Below, one piece after another: positions 36,373 to 45,398 of a stretch of 54,370 nucleotides of DNA (position 1 is the stretch's first letter; every line of letters begins with the position of its first letter). The stretch is from assembly GCA_019244745.1 (NCBI GenBank), contig JAFASF010000215.1:1-54370 (forward strand), written 5' to 3'. The DNA comes from Solirubrobacterales bacterium. GTDB lineage: Bacteria > Actinomycetota > Thermoleophilia > Solirubrobacterales > Solirubrobacteraceae. The notes under the pieces were generated by a model that saw only the letters and a list, made by a program, of their open reading frames with translations, had not been told where the DNA came from and did no database searches. The translations under genes were made by a program, and so were the position numbers.

Positions 36373-37628
36373 TGAGATCCCTCGCAGATCCGCGCGATCG
36401 CGATGGCGTAAACGCTCGCCACCTTCACCAGCCCTTCGATGTCGAGGTTCTCGCCGTCCGGCCCGGGCAATCCGCTCGACGTACCATAGTTGACCGTCTC
36501 GATCCCGTAGCGCGTGAGCGCGGACGCGTCGGAGAACCAGCGCACCACGTCGCGCTCGGGGGGCTGGCCGAACACGCGCTCGTGCCCGGCGTCGATCGCC
36601 TGGATCAATGGATGGCTCTCGCCGATCTCGGCCCCGGGGGCGGTAACGAACACCTCGTACTCGACCCCGTAATCCGGGTATTTCGCGCGTAGCTCGCGCA
36701 CCAGATCCGCGAGCGCCCGCTTGGCGTCCTGCATCCGCATCGTCGGCGGCACTCGGACGTCGAGGAACAGGTCCGTCCGGTTCGGGGTGCGGCTGACCCG
36801 CCATGGGTGGCCCCCGCTCAACGAGCCTATGTTGACCACCCCTTGTACGCCGCGATACTCGGCTCGGCGCTCCCACTCGGGAATCCACGCGAGCACGTCG
36901 TCGATGACTTCGCGCATGCGCACGATCGAGTTCTCGCCGATGCGCCCGGAGGAGAACGCGGTATGCACGAACGGTCCGTGCGTCGAGATGCGTGCCCACA
37001 TCGCGCCGTAGTGCCCGAGTACCACCCGCTGCTCGGTGGGCTCGCCGAGGATGCACATGTCCGCGATGCCGCCATGCGTGGGGAGATAGCGGCTCCCGGC
37101 GGCGTAGCCGCGGTACTCGCGGCCGCGGAACTCCTCCCCCCACTGGGTCTTCTCGATCTCGCCTACCACGCACGCGATCAGCACATCGCCTCTCGGCCGC
37201 ACACCGGCATCGTCGAGCGCTCTGACCGCCTCGAGATAGCACGCGAGCGCGCCTTTCATGTTCGAGATCCCCAGCCCGTAGATCCGCCCGTCGCGGACCA
37301 GCGCGCGCGGCTGAAAGCCGACGATGCCGCGCAGGTGCGGCTCCCGCCCGGAGTAAGAGGTGTCCATGTGACCATTGAGCATCAGGCTGGGGGCTCCACC
37401 CGTCCCTTCGAGCGTCCCGATCACGTTCGGGCGACCATCCTCGACCTCTTGCCAGGTCACCGCCAGGCCCGCGTCTTCCAACGCCGCCCGGACGGTCTCG
37501 GCCATGGCCTCCTCGCTGCCCGTGGGGCTTGGCGTGCTCACGTACGCGCACGCCGTCTCGACCAGACGTCGCTCGTCGACGCACTCGACGATGCGCTCCG
37601 TCAGTTCCGCGACGCCGGACGCCGTCAT
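36369..37628 (-). CDS. M20/ArgE-like amidohydrolase with atypical metal site
   Basis: SPTGSE, RPNVIG, NGHMDT, GISNMKG, GEPT; ATGA coupling. Confidence 0.87.
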   Translation of the reverse strand: MTASGVAELTERIVECVDERRLVETACAYVSTPSPTGSEEAMAETVRAALEDAGLAVTWQEVEDGRPNVIGTLEGTGGAPSLMLNGHMDTSYSGREPHLRGIVGFQPRALVRDGRIYGLGISNMKGALACYLEAVRALDDAGVRPRGDVLIACVVGEIEKTQWGEEFRGREYRGYAAGSRYLPTHGGIADMCILGEPTEQRVVLGHYGAMWARISTHGPFVHTAFSSGRIGENSIVRMREVIDDVLAWIPEWERRAEYRGVQGVVNIGSLSGGHPWRVSRTPNRTDLFLDVRVPPTMRMQDAKRALADLVRELRAKYPDYGVEYEVFVTAPGAEIGESHPLIQAIDAGHERVFGQPPERDVVRWFSDASALTRYGIETVNYGTSSGLPGPDGENLDIEGLVKVASVYAIAIARICEGSQ

Positions 37629-38683
37629 CGCCGGAAGTGCGGCAGGACTCGGTCGGCGAACAGCTGGATCTGTTGGTCGCGCCGCGGACCCCACAGCTCG
37701 AGCATGATGTGCGAGCAACCGGCATCGCGATACTCCTCGATGGCCGCGATGCAGTCGTTGGGGGTGCCCGCAATCGGTCGCGTCTTGTCGAGGATCTCGT
37801 CGGTCACCGCTGCGGCCGCCGCGAGGCGCCCTCCGGACTCCATCGCGTCCGCGATCGGACGAATCTCCTCCTGGCTGAGCCCCGCCTGGTCGAGCAGAAC
37901 GTCGGCCGAGGCCTGGATGTTCTGGACCTTGTTGGCGAGGTACATGCCCGCAATCTCGCGCGCGCCCTCGCGGCCCGCATCCCGATCCTCGTCGATGCTC
38001 GCCACGATCGTGCATCCGAGGTCGAGGTGATCGGCGTCGCGCCCGGCGGCCTCGGCGCCCGCGCGCAGGTTCTCGCGCGCATAGCGAGCGAAGCCCGGCG
38101 TGGTGATGCTCGGCGTGAGCAGCCCGTCCGCCTCCTCTCCGGCGTAGCGCTGCATCCTCGGGCCGGTGCCGGCGACGTAGATGGGAACCGTGCCGCGCGG
38201 ACTCTGAGTGCCGTCCGACAGCGCGGGCACGACCGCGGTGAACGCCTTGCCTTGATAGCTGAACTCGCCGCCGTCGAGCACGCCCCGCACGATCCTCACC
38301 GCGTCGCGCACGGGATTCAAGGGCTTCACCTCATCGGCCCCGATCTCCTTCATGAAGATCCGGCTCGCGCCAAATCCCACGCAGAAGCGCTCCGGGGCGA
38401 GCTCCTGGGTGACGCGCGCGTCCATGGCGACCTGTATCGGGTGGCGGGTAAACGGGGAGATGATTCCCCAGCCGATCGTCAGCCGCTCGGTCTCGCGCGC
38501 GATCAGCGCCGATAGCACGGTCGAGCTCCGCGCCTCCATCTGATGCTTGCGCCACCATGGATACGCCTCGGCGAGCCAGATCGCGTCAAAACCGCGCTGA
38601 TCGAGCGCGCGCGCGTGCGCGAGGATCTCCTCCAGCGGCTCCATCGTCAACTGCATCACGCCGATGCGCAAGGGCAAGGTCAT
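37625..38683 (-). CDS. LLM-class oxidoreductase, Mer-like
   Basis: WLAE, GIISPFTRHP, GP.M...AG..ADG, AGTP; GGGAG RBS before ATG 38683. Confidence 0.88.
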   Translation of the reverse strand: MTLPLRIGVMQLTMEPLEEILAHARALDQRGFDAIWLAEAYPWWRKHQMEARSSTVLSALIARETERLTIGWGIISPFTRHPIQVAMDARVTQELAPERFCVGFGASRIFMKEIGADEVKPLNPVRDAVRIVRGVLDGGEFSYQGKAFTAVVPALSDGTQSPRGTVPIYVAGTGPRMQRYAGEEADGLLTPSITTPGFARYARENLRAGAEAAGRDADHLDLGCTIVASIDEDRDAGREGAREIAGMYLANKVQNIQASADVLLDQAGLSQEEIRPIADAMESGGRLAAAAAVTDEILDKTRPIAGTPNDCIAAIEEYRDAGCSHIMLELWGPRRDQQIQLFADRVLPHFRR

Positions 38684-39078
38684 TGGACAGAACTCCCGGT
38701 CAGCGGTCGCCGGCGCCTGCCGGACGGGACGGCCAGGGCCGTATATTTGATCAGAACCCATCGGCTGGTGCAACACCGCACGCGGGGTCGTACCGCCGGC
38801 TGCGGTTGCGTCATGGCCAGAAGTTGCGTGACGGTCTGCGCGGCCTCGCGCACGCCCACACCGCGTCAGAGCCTGTCGCACAAACCGCGACCGGCGCACC
38901 CGAGTTGTAAGCCGCTGATAAGCGACGCATTTAGGTGCCACGCCCGAAGGGACGTGGTTGAGCTTTTGACGCACATACGCGCATTGAGTCACGCACGTGC
39001 CCGCTCCCCGCTATTTCGCCCGGCGGCTCATCGTGATGGAAACACAAAGCGAGGTTCGTTTTTGCCAAAACGTTCCCG

Positions 39079-39272
39079 GCGCACCCGTCGACGCGTGCGC
39101 CACCGCGCCATCCGCGCACCCGTCGACGCGCGCGCCACCGCGCCATCCGCGCACCCGCCGACACGCGCGCCACCGCGCCATCCGCGCACCCGCCGACACG
39201 CGCGCGCCACGGCACCACCCGCGGCGCGCGCCACCGCCCCAGCCACGCTTCGTCGACGCCCGCGCGCCACCC
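39079..39272. repeat. 35-bp tandem repeat (3 near-identical units, a 37-bp fourth unit, then decayed copies)
   Basis: GCGCACCCG(T/C)CGAC(G/A)CG(T/C)GCGCCACCGCGCCATCC starting at 39079, 39114, 39149 and 39184. Confidence 0.9.
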
Positions 39273-39305
39273 GGTCCATGTCATGCCCTGCCACACCCCG
39301 CAGCG

Positions 39306-39334
39306 TTGATCGTTGATCAGATACGGTTTATGAT
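39306..39334 (+). promoter_or_regulatory. Promoter TTGATC-17-TATGAT with box variant TTGATCGTTGATC (39306-39318)
   Basis: 10/13 match to the box; leaderless GTG at 39341. Confidence 0.7.
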
Positions 39335-39340
39335 GCGCCG

Positions 39341-40504
39341 GTGGCGAGCCAGGATCGAGAGGCGTCGATCGCCGGGGAGATCGAGCGCCGGTACGGGCTC
39401 ATCCGGGAGGCCGCCGAGCGCGACGGACTCGACGCCGTTCTCGTCTGCGCGAGCGAATACACGGGCTTCGAAGGCGCGATGTTCTACGTGTCGGGCTTCC
39501 GGATCCTGCATCGCTACGCGTACGTGCTGCTGCCTCTCGAGGAACCTCCCACCAACATCTTTCCCGGAGAGGGGCGTTGGGTGGGAGACCACGCCGAGGG
39601 CTGGGTCGCGGACCGGGTGTTCGCCGAGACCCCGGGCAAATGGATCGCCCAACGGATCCGCGAGCGCGGCTGGAAGCGGGTGGGCGTCTACGGCATGGAT
39701 CTGGTGATGACCGTTCGCGATTACGTCGAGCTCCCGCACGAGAACGTCGTGCGTTGGGACGAGGGATTCGATCTGGCACGCGCTGTCAAATCGCAACAGG
39801 AGCTTGCGTCGGTTCGCGACTCGGTGGCGATCAACGAAGCGGGCGTGCTCGCGGTGGTCGATGCCTGGGAGCCGGGCAAGACTGAGGCAGAGCTGATGGC
39901 GGTCGCCGAGCAGACGTTCGTGAGCCACGGAACGCGACGCCTGACCATGGACATGGTGCTCACCGGGCGCGACGGCGCCGCGCTTCCCGAGATGCGCTTG
40001 CCCGACGAAAAGCGTCGAATCGCGGAGGGCGACATGCTGATCTACGGCCTGGAGGTCGCCGGGCCGGGCGGCCATTGGGTCGAGGTGTCGCGGCCGATCT
40101 GTGGCGGCCGGCCCTCGGACGAGTCGCAGCGGATGATGGAGGCCTACCGCGAGTACCACCGGATCTGCGCCACCGCGATGCACCACGGTGCGACCGCACG
40201 CGAAGTTCACCGTGCCGTGGCCGCCCCGTTCCTCGAGCGCGGCTGGAAGCTCGGCCACGTCACCGGTCATTCGATCGGCATGACGATGATCGAGCATCCT
40301 CGGATCGGCGACGCATTTGACGTCGAGCTGCGCGAAGACATGGTCTGCTCGATGCACCCCCATGTGATCTCCGAGGACGAGCGGACATGTCTGTACTTTC
40401 AGGACACCTGGCACGTCCAGCGCGATGGAGCTGTGGCGTTGAGCCGCTTGCCCGTGGATATCATCGATCCGCGGGAGGGGGTGCTGCAGAGGGAGGCTGC
40501 GTGA
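39341..40504 (+). CDS. M24-fold protein with non-canonical metal ligands
   Basis: Creatinase-like N-domain, RAVKS..E, GHSIG; Glu ligand positions read MHP and FQD. Confidence 0.85.
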   Translation: MASQDREASIAGEIERRYGLIREAAERDGLDAVLVCASEYTGFEGAMFYVSGFRILHRYAYVLLPLEEPPTNIFPGEGRWVGDHAEGWVADRVFAETPGKWIAQRIRERGWKRVGVYGMDLVMTVRDYVELPHENVVRWDEGFDLARAVKSQQELASVRDSVAINEAGVLAVVDAWEPGKTEAELMAVAEQTFVSHGTRRLTMDMVLTGRDGAALPEMRLPDEKRRIAEGDMLIYGLEVAGPGGHWVEVSRPICGGRPSDESQRMMEAYREYHRICATAMHHGATAREVHRAVAAPFLERGWKLGHVTGHSIGMTMIEHPRIGDAFDVELREDMVCSMHPHVISEDERTCLYFQDTWHVQRDGAVALSRLPVDIIDPREGVLQREAA

Positions 40505-41664
40505 CTTTAGAGCTGGATCGTGCCGTCCAGGAGCGGGAGTCGGTCCCGTTCCGGGTCGTGGATGCTGATGGTCACTCGACCGAGCTGACCTACTCATCTC
40601 CGCGGCCCGCGGCGGAGCATGACGAGGCCGCTGTTCTGGAGCAACTGCCGTGGTTCGAACCCGGCCAGCCGCTGCACAACTGGATGCTGCACGACACCGA
40701 CTTCTACGACGAGGTCGAGCAGATCTGGGGTCGGCGCTGGGGCGCCGAGGGGATCGGGAAGCTGCGCGAGGTGCTGGTCTCGCGCCCTACGGAGAACGAG
40801 ACGCGGGCCGAGTACGCGCAGGAGTGGCAGTACTACTACTCGACCGCATCGGGCAATGCCGATCTCGGACGACTACAGGCCCAATTCGACGAGTACTACC
40901 AGGTGCTACGCGACAACGGTGTTCGCGTGAACTACATCGAGCCTCCGGTGCCGGCCATCGGCGCCTACGGCTACCTCAAGAACCTCGTTACGCTCGCCGG
41001 CGGCGGCCTGGTCGCACGAGGCGGAGCAATCATCCACCGGATGGGGCTGGGATCGTGGCAACGAGGCCGCGAGGTGATCTGGTCCAAGGCGCTCACCGCA
41101 CTCGGCGTGCCGATCTACTTGACGATCCACGGGCGCGCGATCGGCGAGCCCGGCGCGGGGCGCTGGCTCGACTCGCGCACCTTTGTATTCAACAACAGCG
41201 TCGTGGCGAACGAGGAGGGCCTGCGTCAGATCGAGTTCGTGCTCGACGGCCTGGGGATCGAGCTGGTAACCACCTACAGCCCGGGCTGGATCGGCACGAT
41301 CGGCGGGGGCAATATCGGGACCACCCACGCCGATATGTTCCTTATGGTCCCCGACCGGGGGATCGCCGTGCTCGCTCCACACCTCGTGGACTACGCATTC
41401 GTCCGTTACCTGATGCGACGTGACTTCAAGGTGATCGAGGTACCGGTCGACGAGTACTGGGACCTCGCGGTCAACGGAGTGACTCTGGAGCCGGGGAAGG
41501 TCGTGATGAACGCTGGAGCCCCCACCACGGTCGAAGCGCTGGAGCGCGAAGGCATCGAGGTGATAACGGTGGACTTCTCCGAGAGCCACAAGTTCGCCAT
41601 CGCGGGACTGCACTGCGCGACGCTCGAGCTGCTCCGCGATCAGCCTGGACCGCTGCTCGACTGA
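40501..41664 (+). CDS. Arginine deiminase/amidinotransferase (pentein) family protein
   Basis: E.GKLREVLV.RP, HAD, GLHC..L.L.R; GTGA coupling. Confidence 0.85.
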   Translation: MTLELDRAVQERESVPFRVVDADGHSTELTYSSPRPAAEHDEAAVLEQLPWFEPGQPLHNWMLHDTDFYDEVEQIWGRRWGAEGIGKLREVLVSRPTENETRAEYAQEWQYYYSTASGNADLGRLQAQFDEYYQVLRDNGVRVNYIEPPVPAIGAYGYLKNLVTLAGGGLVARGGAIIHRMGLGSWQRGREVIWSKALTALGVPIYLTIHGRAIGEPGAGRWLDSRTFVFNNSVVANEEGLRQIEFVLDGLGIELVTTYSPGWIGTIGGGNIGTTHADMFLMVPDRGIAVLAPHLVDYAFVRYLMRRDFKVIEVPVDEYWDLAVNGVTLEPGKVVMNAGAPTTVEALEREGIEVITVDFSESHKFAIAGLHCATLELLRDQPGPLLD

Positions 41665-41671
41665 CCTGCCT

Positions 41672-42451
41672 GTGGACGATCAGAGCCTCGGCTACGACGA
41701 CCTGGGTCACGGCGAGCCGGCGCTGCTTTTGCTCACCGGCTGGTGCTCGAGCCGCGCGCGCTGGGCGCTCGCGGCGCCGCTGCTGGCGTCGCACCGGCGC
41801 GTGGTGAGCTTCGAGTGGCGCGGTCACGGCGACTCCGCGCCCGCATCCGAAGACTTCGGAACGCCTGAGATGGTGCAGGACGCACTCGCCGTGATCGAGG
41901 CCACCCGCCTGGACACGTTCATCCCGTGTGCGGCGTCGCACTCCGGTTGGGTGGCGATCGAGCTACGCCGCCGGCTCGGAGACCGGATCCCGGCGATCGC
42001 GCTCGTCGACTGGATGGTGACCGAGCCCTCCGCCCCGTATATGGAACTGATCAGCCGGCTGCAGTCCTCCGAGCGCTGGCCGCAGGCTCGAGACGCGCTG
42101 TTCGACATCTGGCGGGCCGGCGTGCGCGACGGCGAGATCGCTGAAGCGCTCGATGTGATGAACGCGCAGGGCGCCGAGATGTGGATGCGCTCGGGGCGGG
42201 AGATCGAACGCGCTTACCGGGATCACCGCAGTCCGCTGCGCGCCCTCGGTGAGTTCGACCCTCCTGTCAGGGTCCTTCACCTCTACGGACAGCCGCGGTC
42301 GGCGGAGTACCTCGACGCCCAGCGTACGTTCGCATCGGAGCACCCGTGGTTCAGTGTCCGCCAGCTCAGCACTCGGACACACTTCTCGATGCTCGAAGCG
42401 CCGAGCGAGGTGGCGACGGCGATCGAGCAGTTGGCGGCGGACCTGCAGTGA
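41672..42451 (+). CDS. alpha/beta-hydrolase-fold protein, Hod/Qdo (cofactor-independent 2,4-dioxygenase)-like
   Basis: GWC, WRGHG, ASHSGWVAIEL, DW, HLYGQP and THF motifs resemble the Hod family. Confidence 0.75.
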   Translation: MDDQSLGYDDLGHGEPALLLLTGWCSSRARWALAAPLLASHRRVVSFEWRGHGDSAPASEDFGTPEMVQDALAVIEATRLDTFIPCAASHSGWVAIELRRRLGDRIPAIALVDWMVTEPSAPYMELISRLQSSERWPQARDALFDIWRAGVRDGEIAEALDVMNAQGAEMWMRSGREIERAYRDHRSPLRALGEFDPPVRVLHLYGQPRSAEYLDAQRTFASEHPWFSVRQLSTRTHFSMLEAPSEVATAIEQLAADLQ

Positions 42452-44046
42452 GCGAAGTGCCTCGCCGGTCTGCACTACGCGACCTGCCGGCCATCGAACG
42501 AACGCTCCCCGCGATACTCGAGCGCCAGTCGGACAGGTACGGCGACCGGCCGCTGGTCCGCTGCGGCGGAGCCGAACTGAGCTATCGGCAGATACGCGAC
42601 GTCGCGGCGCGGAGTGCGGGAGCGCTCGCATCGGCCGGCATCTCGCCGGGTGACACGGTGGCGGCGATGTGCGGAAACCGCCTCGAGCTCCTCGAGCTGA
42701 TCCTCGGCTGCATGTGGGCCGGCGCGATTGTCGTGCCGATCAACGCCGCCTCGCGCGGTGAGCAGCTCGAGCATGTGCTGCGTAACTCGGGCGCGCGCGC
42801 CCTGCTCGCCGACACCGAGCTGATCCCGGCCCTGGATCATCTTGCCGCCGGCGTCCCCCTCGAGCGCGTGTGGGCGCTGGATGCTGGCGCCCCCGCGTCG
42901 GTGGCGGGGCGGCCGGTGATGGCGCCGCCGGCGAACGCTGGGCTGGCGGCCCCGTACCCCGTTGGCCCGGGCGACACTGCCGCGATCCTCTACACCTCCG
43001 GGACCACCGGACCGTCGAAGGGCGTCTGCTGCCCGCATGCGCAGTTCTACTGGTGGGGCGTACTCGTCGGCGAGATGCTGGGGATAGCCGAGGGCGACGT
43101 CCTCTACACGTGCCTGCCGCTCTTTCACACCAACGCACTCACCGCCTTCGTCCAGGCCCTCGTCAGCGGTGGGACCTACGTCCTCGGGCCACGGTTCTCC
43201 GCCTCGCGTTTCTGGGCTCGGGTCCGGGACTCGGGCGCCGATGTGACCTACCTGCTCGGGGCGATGGTGAGCATCCTGATGGGGCGGGCGCCCGAGCCGG
43301 TCGAGCGCGAGCACCACGTCCGGGTCGCGCTCGCTCCAGCGACCCCTCCGCGGCTGTTCGACCGCTTCCGCGAGCGCTTTGGCGTTCAGCTGGTCGAGGG
43401 ATACGGCTCGACCGAGACGAACTGCACGATCGGCGTCACGGACCCGAGCGCGGGACGCGGGGGGTACATGGGTCCGGTGCGCGCCGGGTTTGCCGCTCGC
43501 GTGGTGGACGAGAACGACGAGGAGGTTCCGGACGGAACGCCTGGAGAGCTGATCCTCCGCCACGACGAGCCCTTCGCGTTCGCAACCGGCTATTTCGGCA
43601 TGCCGGAGAAGACCGTCGAGGCGTGGCGCAACCTGTGGTTTCACACCGGTGACCGGGTCGTGCGCGAGCCCGACGGCTGGTACCGGTTCATCGACCGGGC
43701 CAAGGACGCCATCCGCCGCCGCGGCGAGAACATTTCCTCGTGGGAGGTGGAGCAGGCGCTGCTCGAACACGAGGCCGTCCAAGCGGCGGCCGTGTTCCCG
43801 GTCGCCTCGGAGCTGGGTGAGGACGAGGTGATGGCGGCGATCGTGATCGAACCCGAGGCGAGCCTCGTGCCCGAAGACCTGATCAGCCACTGCGAGCCCC
43901 GACTGGCCTACTTCGCCATTCCACGCTACATCGAGTTCGTGCCGGAATTGCCGCTGACCGAGAACGGCAAGGTGCGCAAGCAGGTGCTGCGGGAGCGCGG
44001 CGTCACGGGGTCGGCGTGGGATCGGCAGGCCATCGTAAGTGCCTGA
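42448..44046 (+). CDS. ATP-dependent acyl-CoA ligase (CaiC-like)
   Basis: YTSGTTGPSKG, YGSTE, WFHTGD, RRRGENISS, TENGK. Confidence 0.92.
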   Translation: MSEVPRRSALRDLPAIERTLPAILERQSDRYGDRPLVRCGGAELSYRQIRDVAARSAGALASAGISPGDTVAAMCGNRLELLELILGCMWAGAIVVPINAASRGEQLEHVLRNSGARALLADTELIPALDHLAAGVPLERVWALDAGAPASVAGRPVMAPPANAGLAAPYPVGPGDTAAILYTSGTTGPSKGVCCPHAQFYWWGVLVGEMLGIAEGDVLYTCLPLFHTNALTAFVQALVSGGTYVLGPRFSASRFWARVRDSGADVTYLLGAMVSILMGRAPEPVEREHHVRVALAPATPPRLFDRFRERFGVQLVEGYGSTETNCTIGVTDPSAGRGGYMGPVRAGFAARVVDENDEEVPDGTPGELILRHDEPFAFATGYFGMPEKTVEAWRNLWFHTGDRVVREPDGWYRFIDRAKDAIRRRGENISSWEVEQALLEHEAVQAAAVFPVASELGEDEVMAAIVIEPEASLVPEDLISHCEPRLAYFAIPRYIEFVPELPLTENGKVRKQVLRERGVTGSAWDRQAIVSA

Positions 44047-45391
44047 GCACCGGACCTGCTGGAACCCCGAGATCGAGACGATGGCGCTCGAGGACCTCAG
44101 GGCAATGCAGACGTCCAAGCTGCGGCGACAACTCGCCTACCTCGCGGATCGGTCTCCCTTCTACGAGCGCAAGTTCGCGGAGTCGGGTTTCGACCCCACG
44201 GCGGCGCGCTCGATCGAGGACCTTCGCCGGCTCCCTTTCACCGAGAAGCAGGAGTTACGCGACAGCCAGATTGTGTCGCCGCCACTCGGCCGCCACGCGG
44301 CCGCCGACCTCGTCGATGTGATCCGAGTGCACTCTTCCAGCGGAACGACGGGGCGGCCGAGCTATGTCGGCATCACGCGCGCCGACAGCGCGCGCTGGAC
44401 GGAGGTCATCAGCCGCGTCTACTGGTGCGAGGGCGTGCGGCCCGAGGACGTGCTGATCCATGGCTTCGGGCTCGGTTTCTTCGTCGGCGGGCTTCCGCTC
44501 AAGGACGGGATCGAGCAAGTCGGGGCGACGTTCGTTCCGATCGGAACCGGAGCGTCGGACCGGCTCCTCAGCGCGATCGAGCACCTCGGCGGCACGGTCC
44601 TTACCTGCACGCCGTCGTATGCGAGCTACCTCGCCGAGTATGTGCGCGACCATTTCGGCAAGGAGCCCTCCGAGCTCGGGATCAGGCGGATCCTGCTCGG
44701 CGCCGAGCCGGGGGGTGCGATCCCGGCCGTTCGCAGGCGCATAGAGGCCGCGTACGGCGCGTTCGTCACCGAAGGGCTCGGTAACGCGGACGTCTGCCCG
44801 GTATACGCCGGCACCTGCGACCAGCGCGATGGCAACCACTTCCTCGCCGCGGACCAGATCGTGCTCGAGCTGATCGACCCCGACAGCGGCGAGGTCCGCA
44901 AATGGGAAGATGGCGCAGAAGGTGAGCTGGTGGCCACACACATCGAGCGCGACTGCGTGCCCCTCGTCCGCTTCAGGACGCGCGACCGCGTCGTGGTCGC
45001 GGTCTCGTCGTGCCCGTGTGGGCGCACCGGCCCGCGCATCCGCTGCGTCGGTCGCACCGACGACATGCTGATTGTGGCGGGCGTGAACGTTTGGCCGTCC
45101 GCGGTGAGCGACGTCGTCGGGAACCTTCATCCCCGCACCACGGGCGCAGTGCAGATCTTGCTGATGGCTCCGCCGCCCAAGGTCGAGCCGCCTCTGCGGC
45201 TCCAGGTGGAGTACGGCTCGGAGGCGATCGATCTGGAAGCGCTGAAGCGAGAGCTCGAGCAGGTCATTCGCGACAAGCTCGTCGTGCGCGCCGAGGTAGA
45301 ACTCGTCCCTCCGGGCACGCTGCCCCGGTTCGAGATGAAGTCCCAGCCGCTCAAGCACGTCTACGACAACGCCAGCGCGCCAGCCGGGTGA
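44039..45391 (+). CDS. Phenylacetate-CoA ligase (PaaK) family
   Basis: HSSSGTTGRP, GAEPG, PLVRFRTRD, GRTDDM...GVNVWPS. Confidence 0.9.
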   Translation: MPEHRTCWNPEIETMALEDLRAMQTSKLRRQLAYLADRSPFYERKFAESGFDPTAARSIEDLRRLPFTEKQELRDSQIVSPPLGRHAAADLVDVIRVHSSSGTTGRPSYVGITRADSARWTEVISRVYWCEGVRPEDVLIHGFGLGFFVGGLPLKDGIEQVGATFVPIGTGASDRLLSAIEHLGGTVLTCTPSYASYLAEYVRDHFGKEPSELGIRRILLGAEPGGAIPAVRRRIEAAYGAFVTEGLGNADVCPVYAGTCDQRDGNHFLAADQIVLELIDPDSGEVRKWEDGAEGELVATHIERDCVPLVRFRTRDRVVVAVSSCPCGRTGPRIRCVGRTDDMLIVAGVNVWPSAVSDVVGNLHPRTTGAVQILLMAPPPKVEPPLRLQVEYGSEAIDLEALKRELEQVIRDKLVVRAEVELVPPGTLPRFEMKSQPLKHVYDNASAPAG

Positions 45392-45398
45392 GCGCAAT

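Noticed and set aside
35473-37773. Apparent large fusion proteins from the ORF track (766-aa FAH, 912-aa CoxL, 507-aa M24, 548-aa M20)
   Set aside because: N-terminal extensions are Arg/Gly-rich read-through of upstream genes; true starts sit at stop/start overlaps
39079-39272. CRISPR array (35-bp repeat length is CRISPR-like)
   Set aside because: Units are head-to-tail with no unique spacers, and there are no cas genes in the window
38931-39707. ORFs spanning the 35-bp repeat
   Set aside because: The repeat period is not a multiple of 3, translations are low-complexity, and one overlaps the M24 gene out of frame
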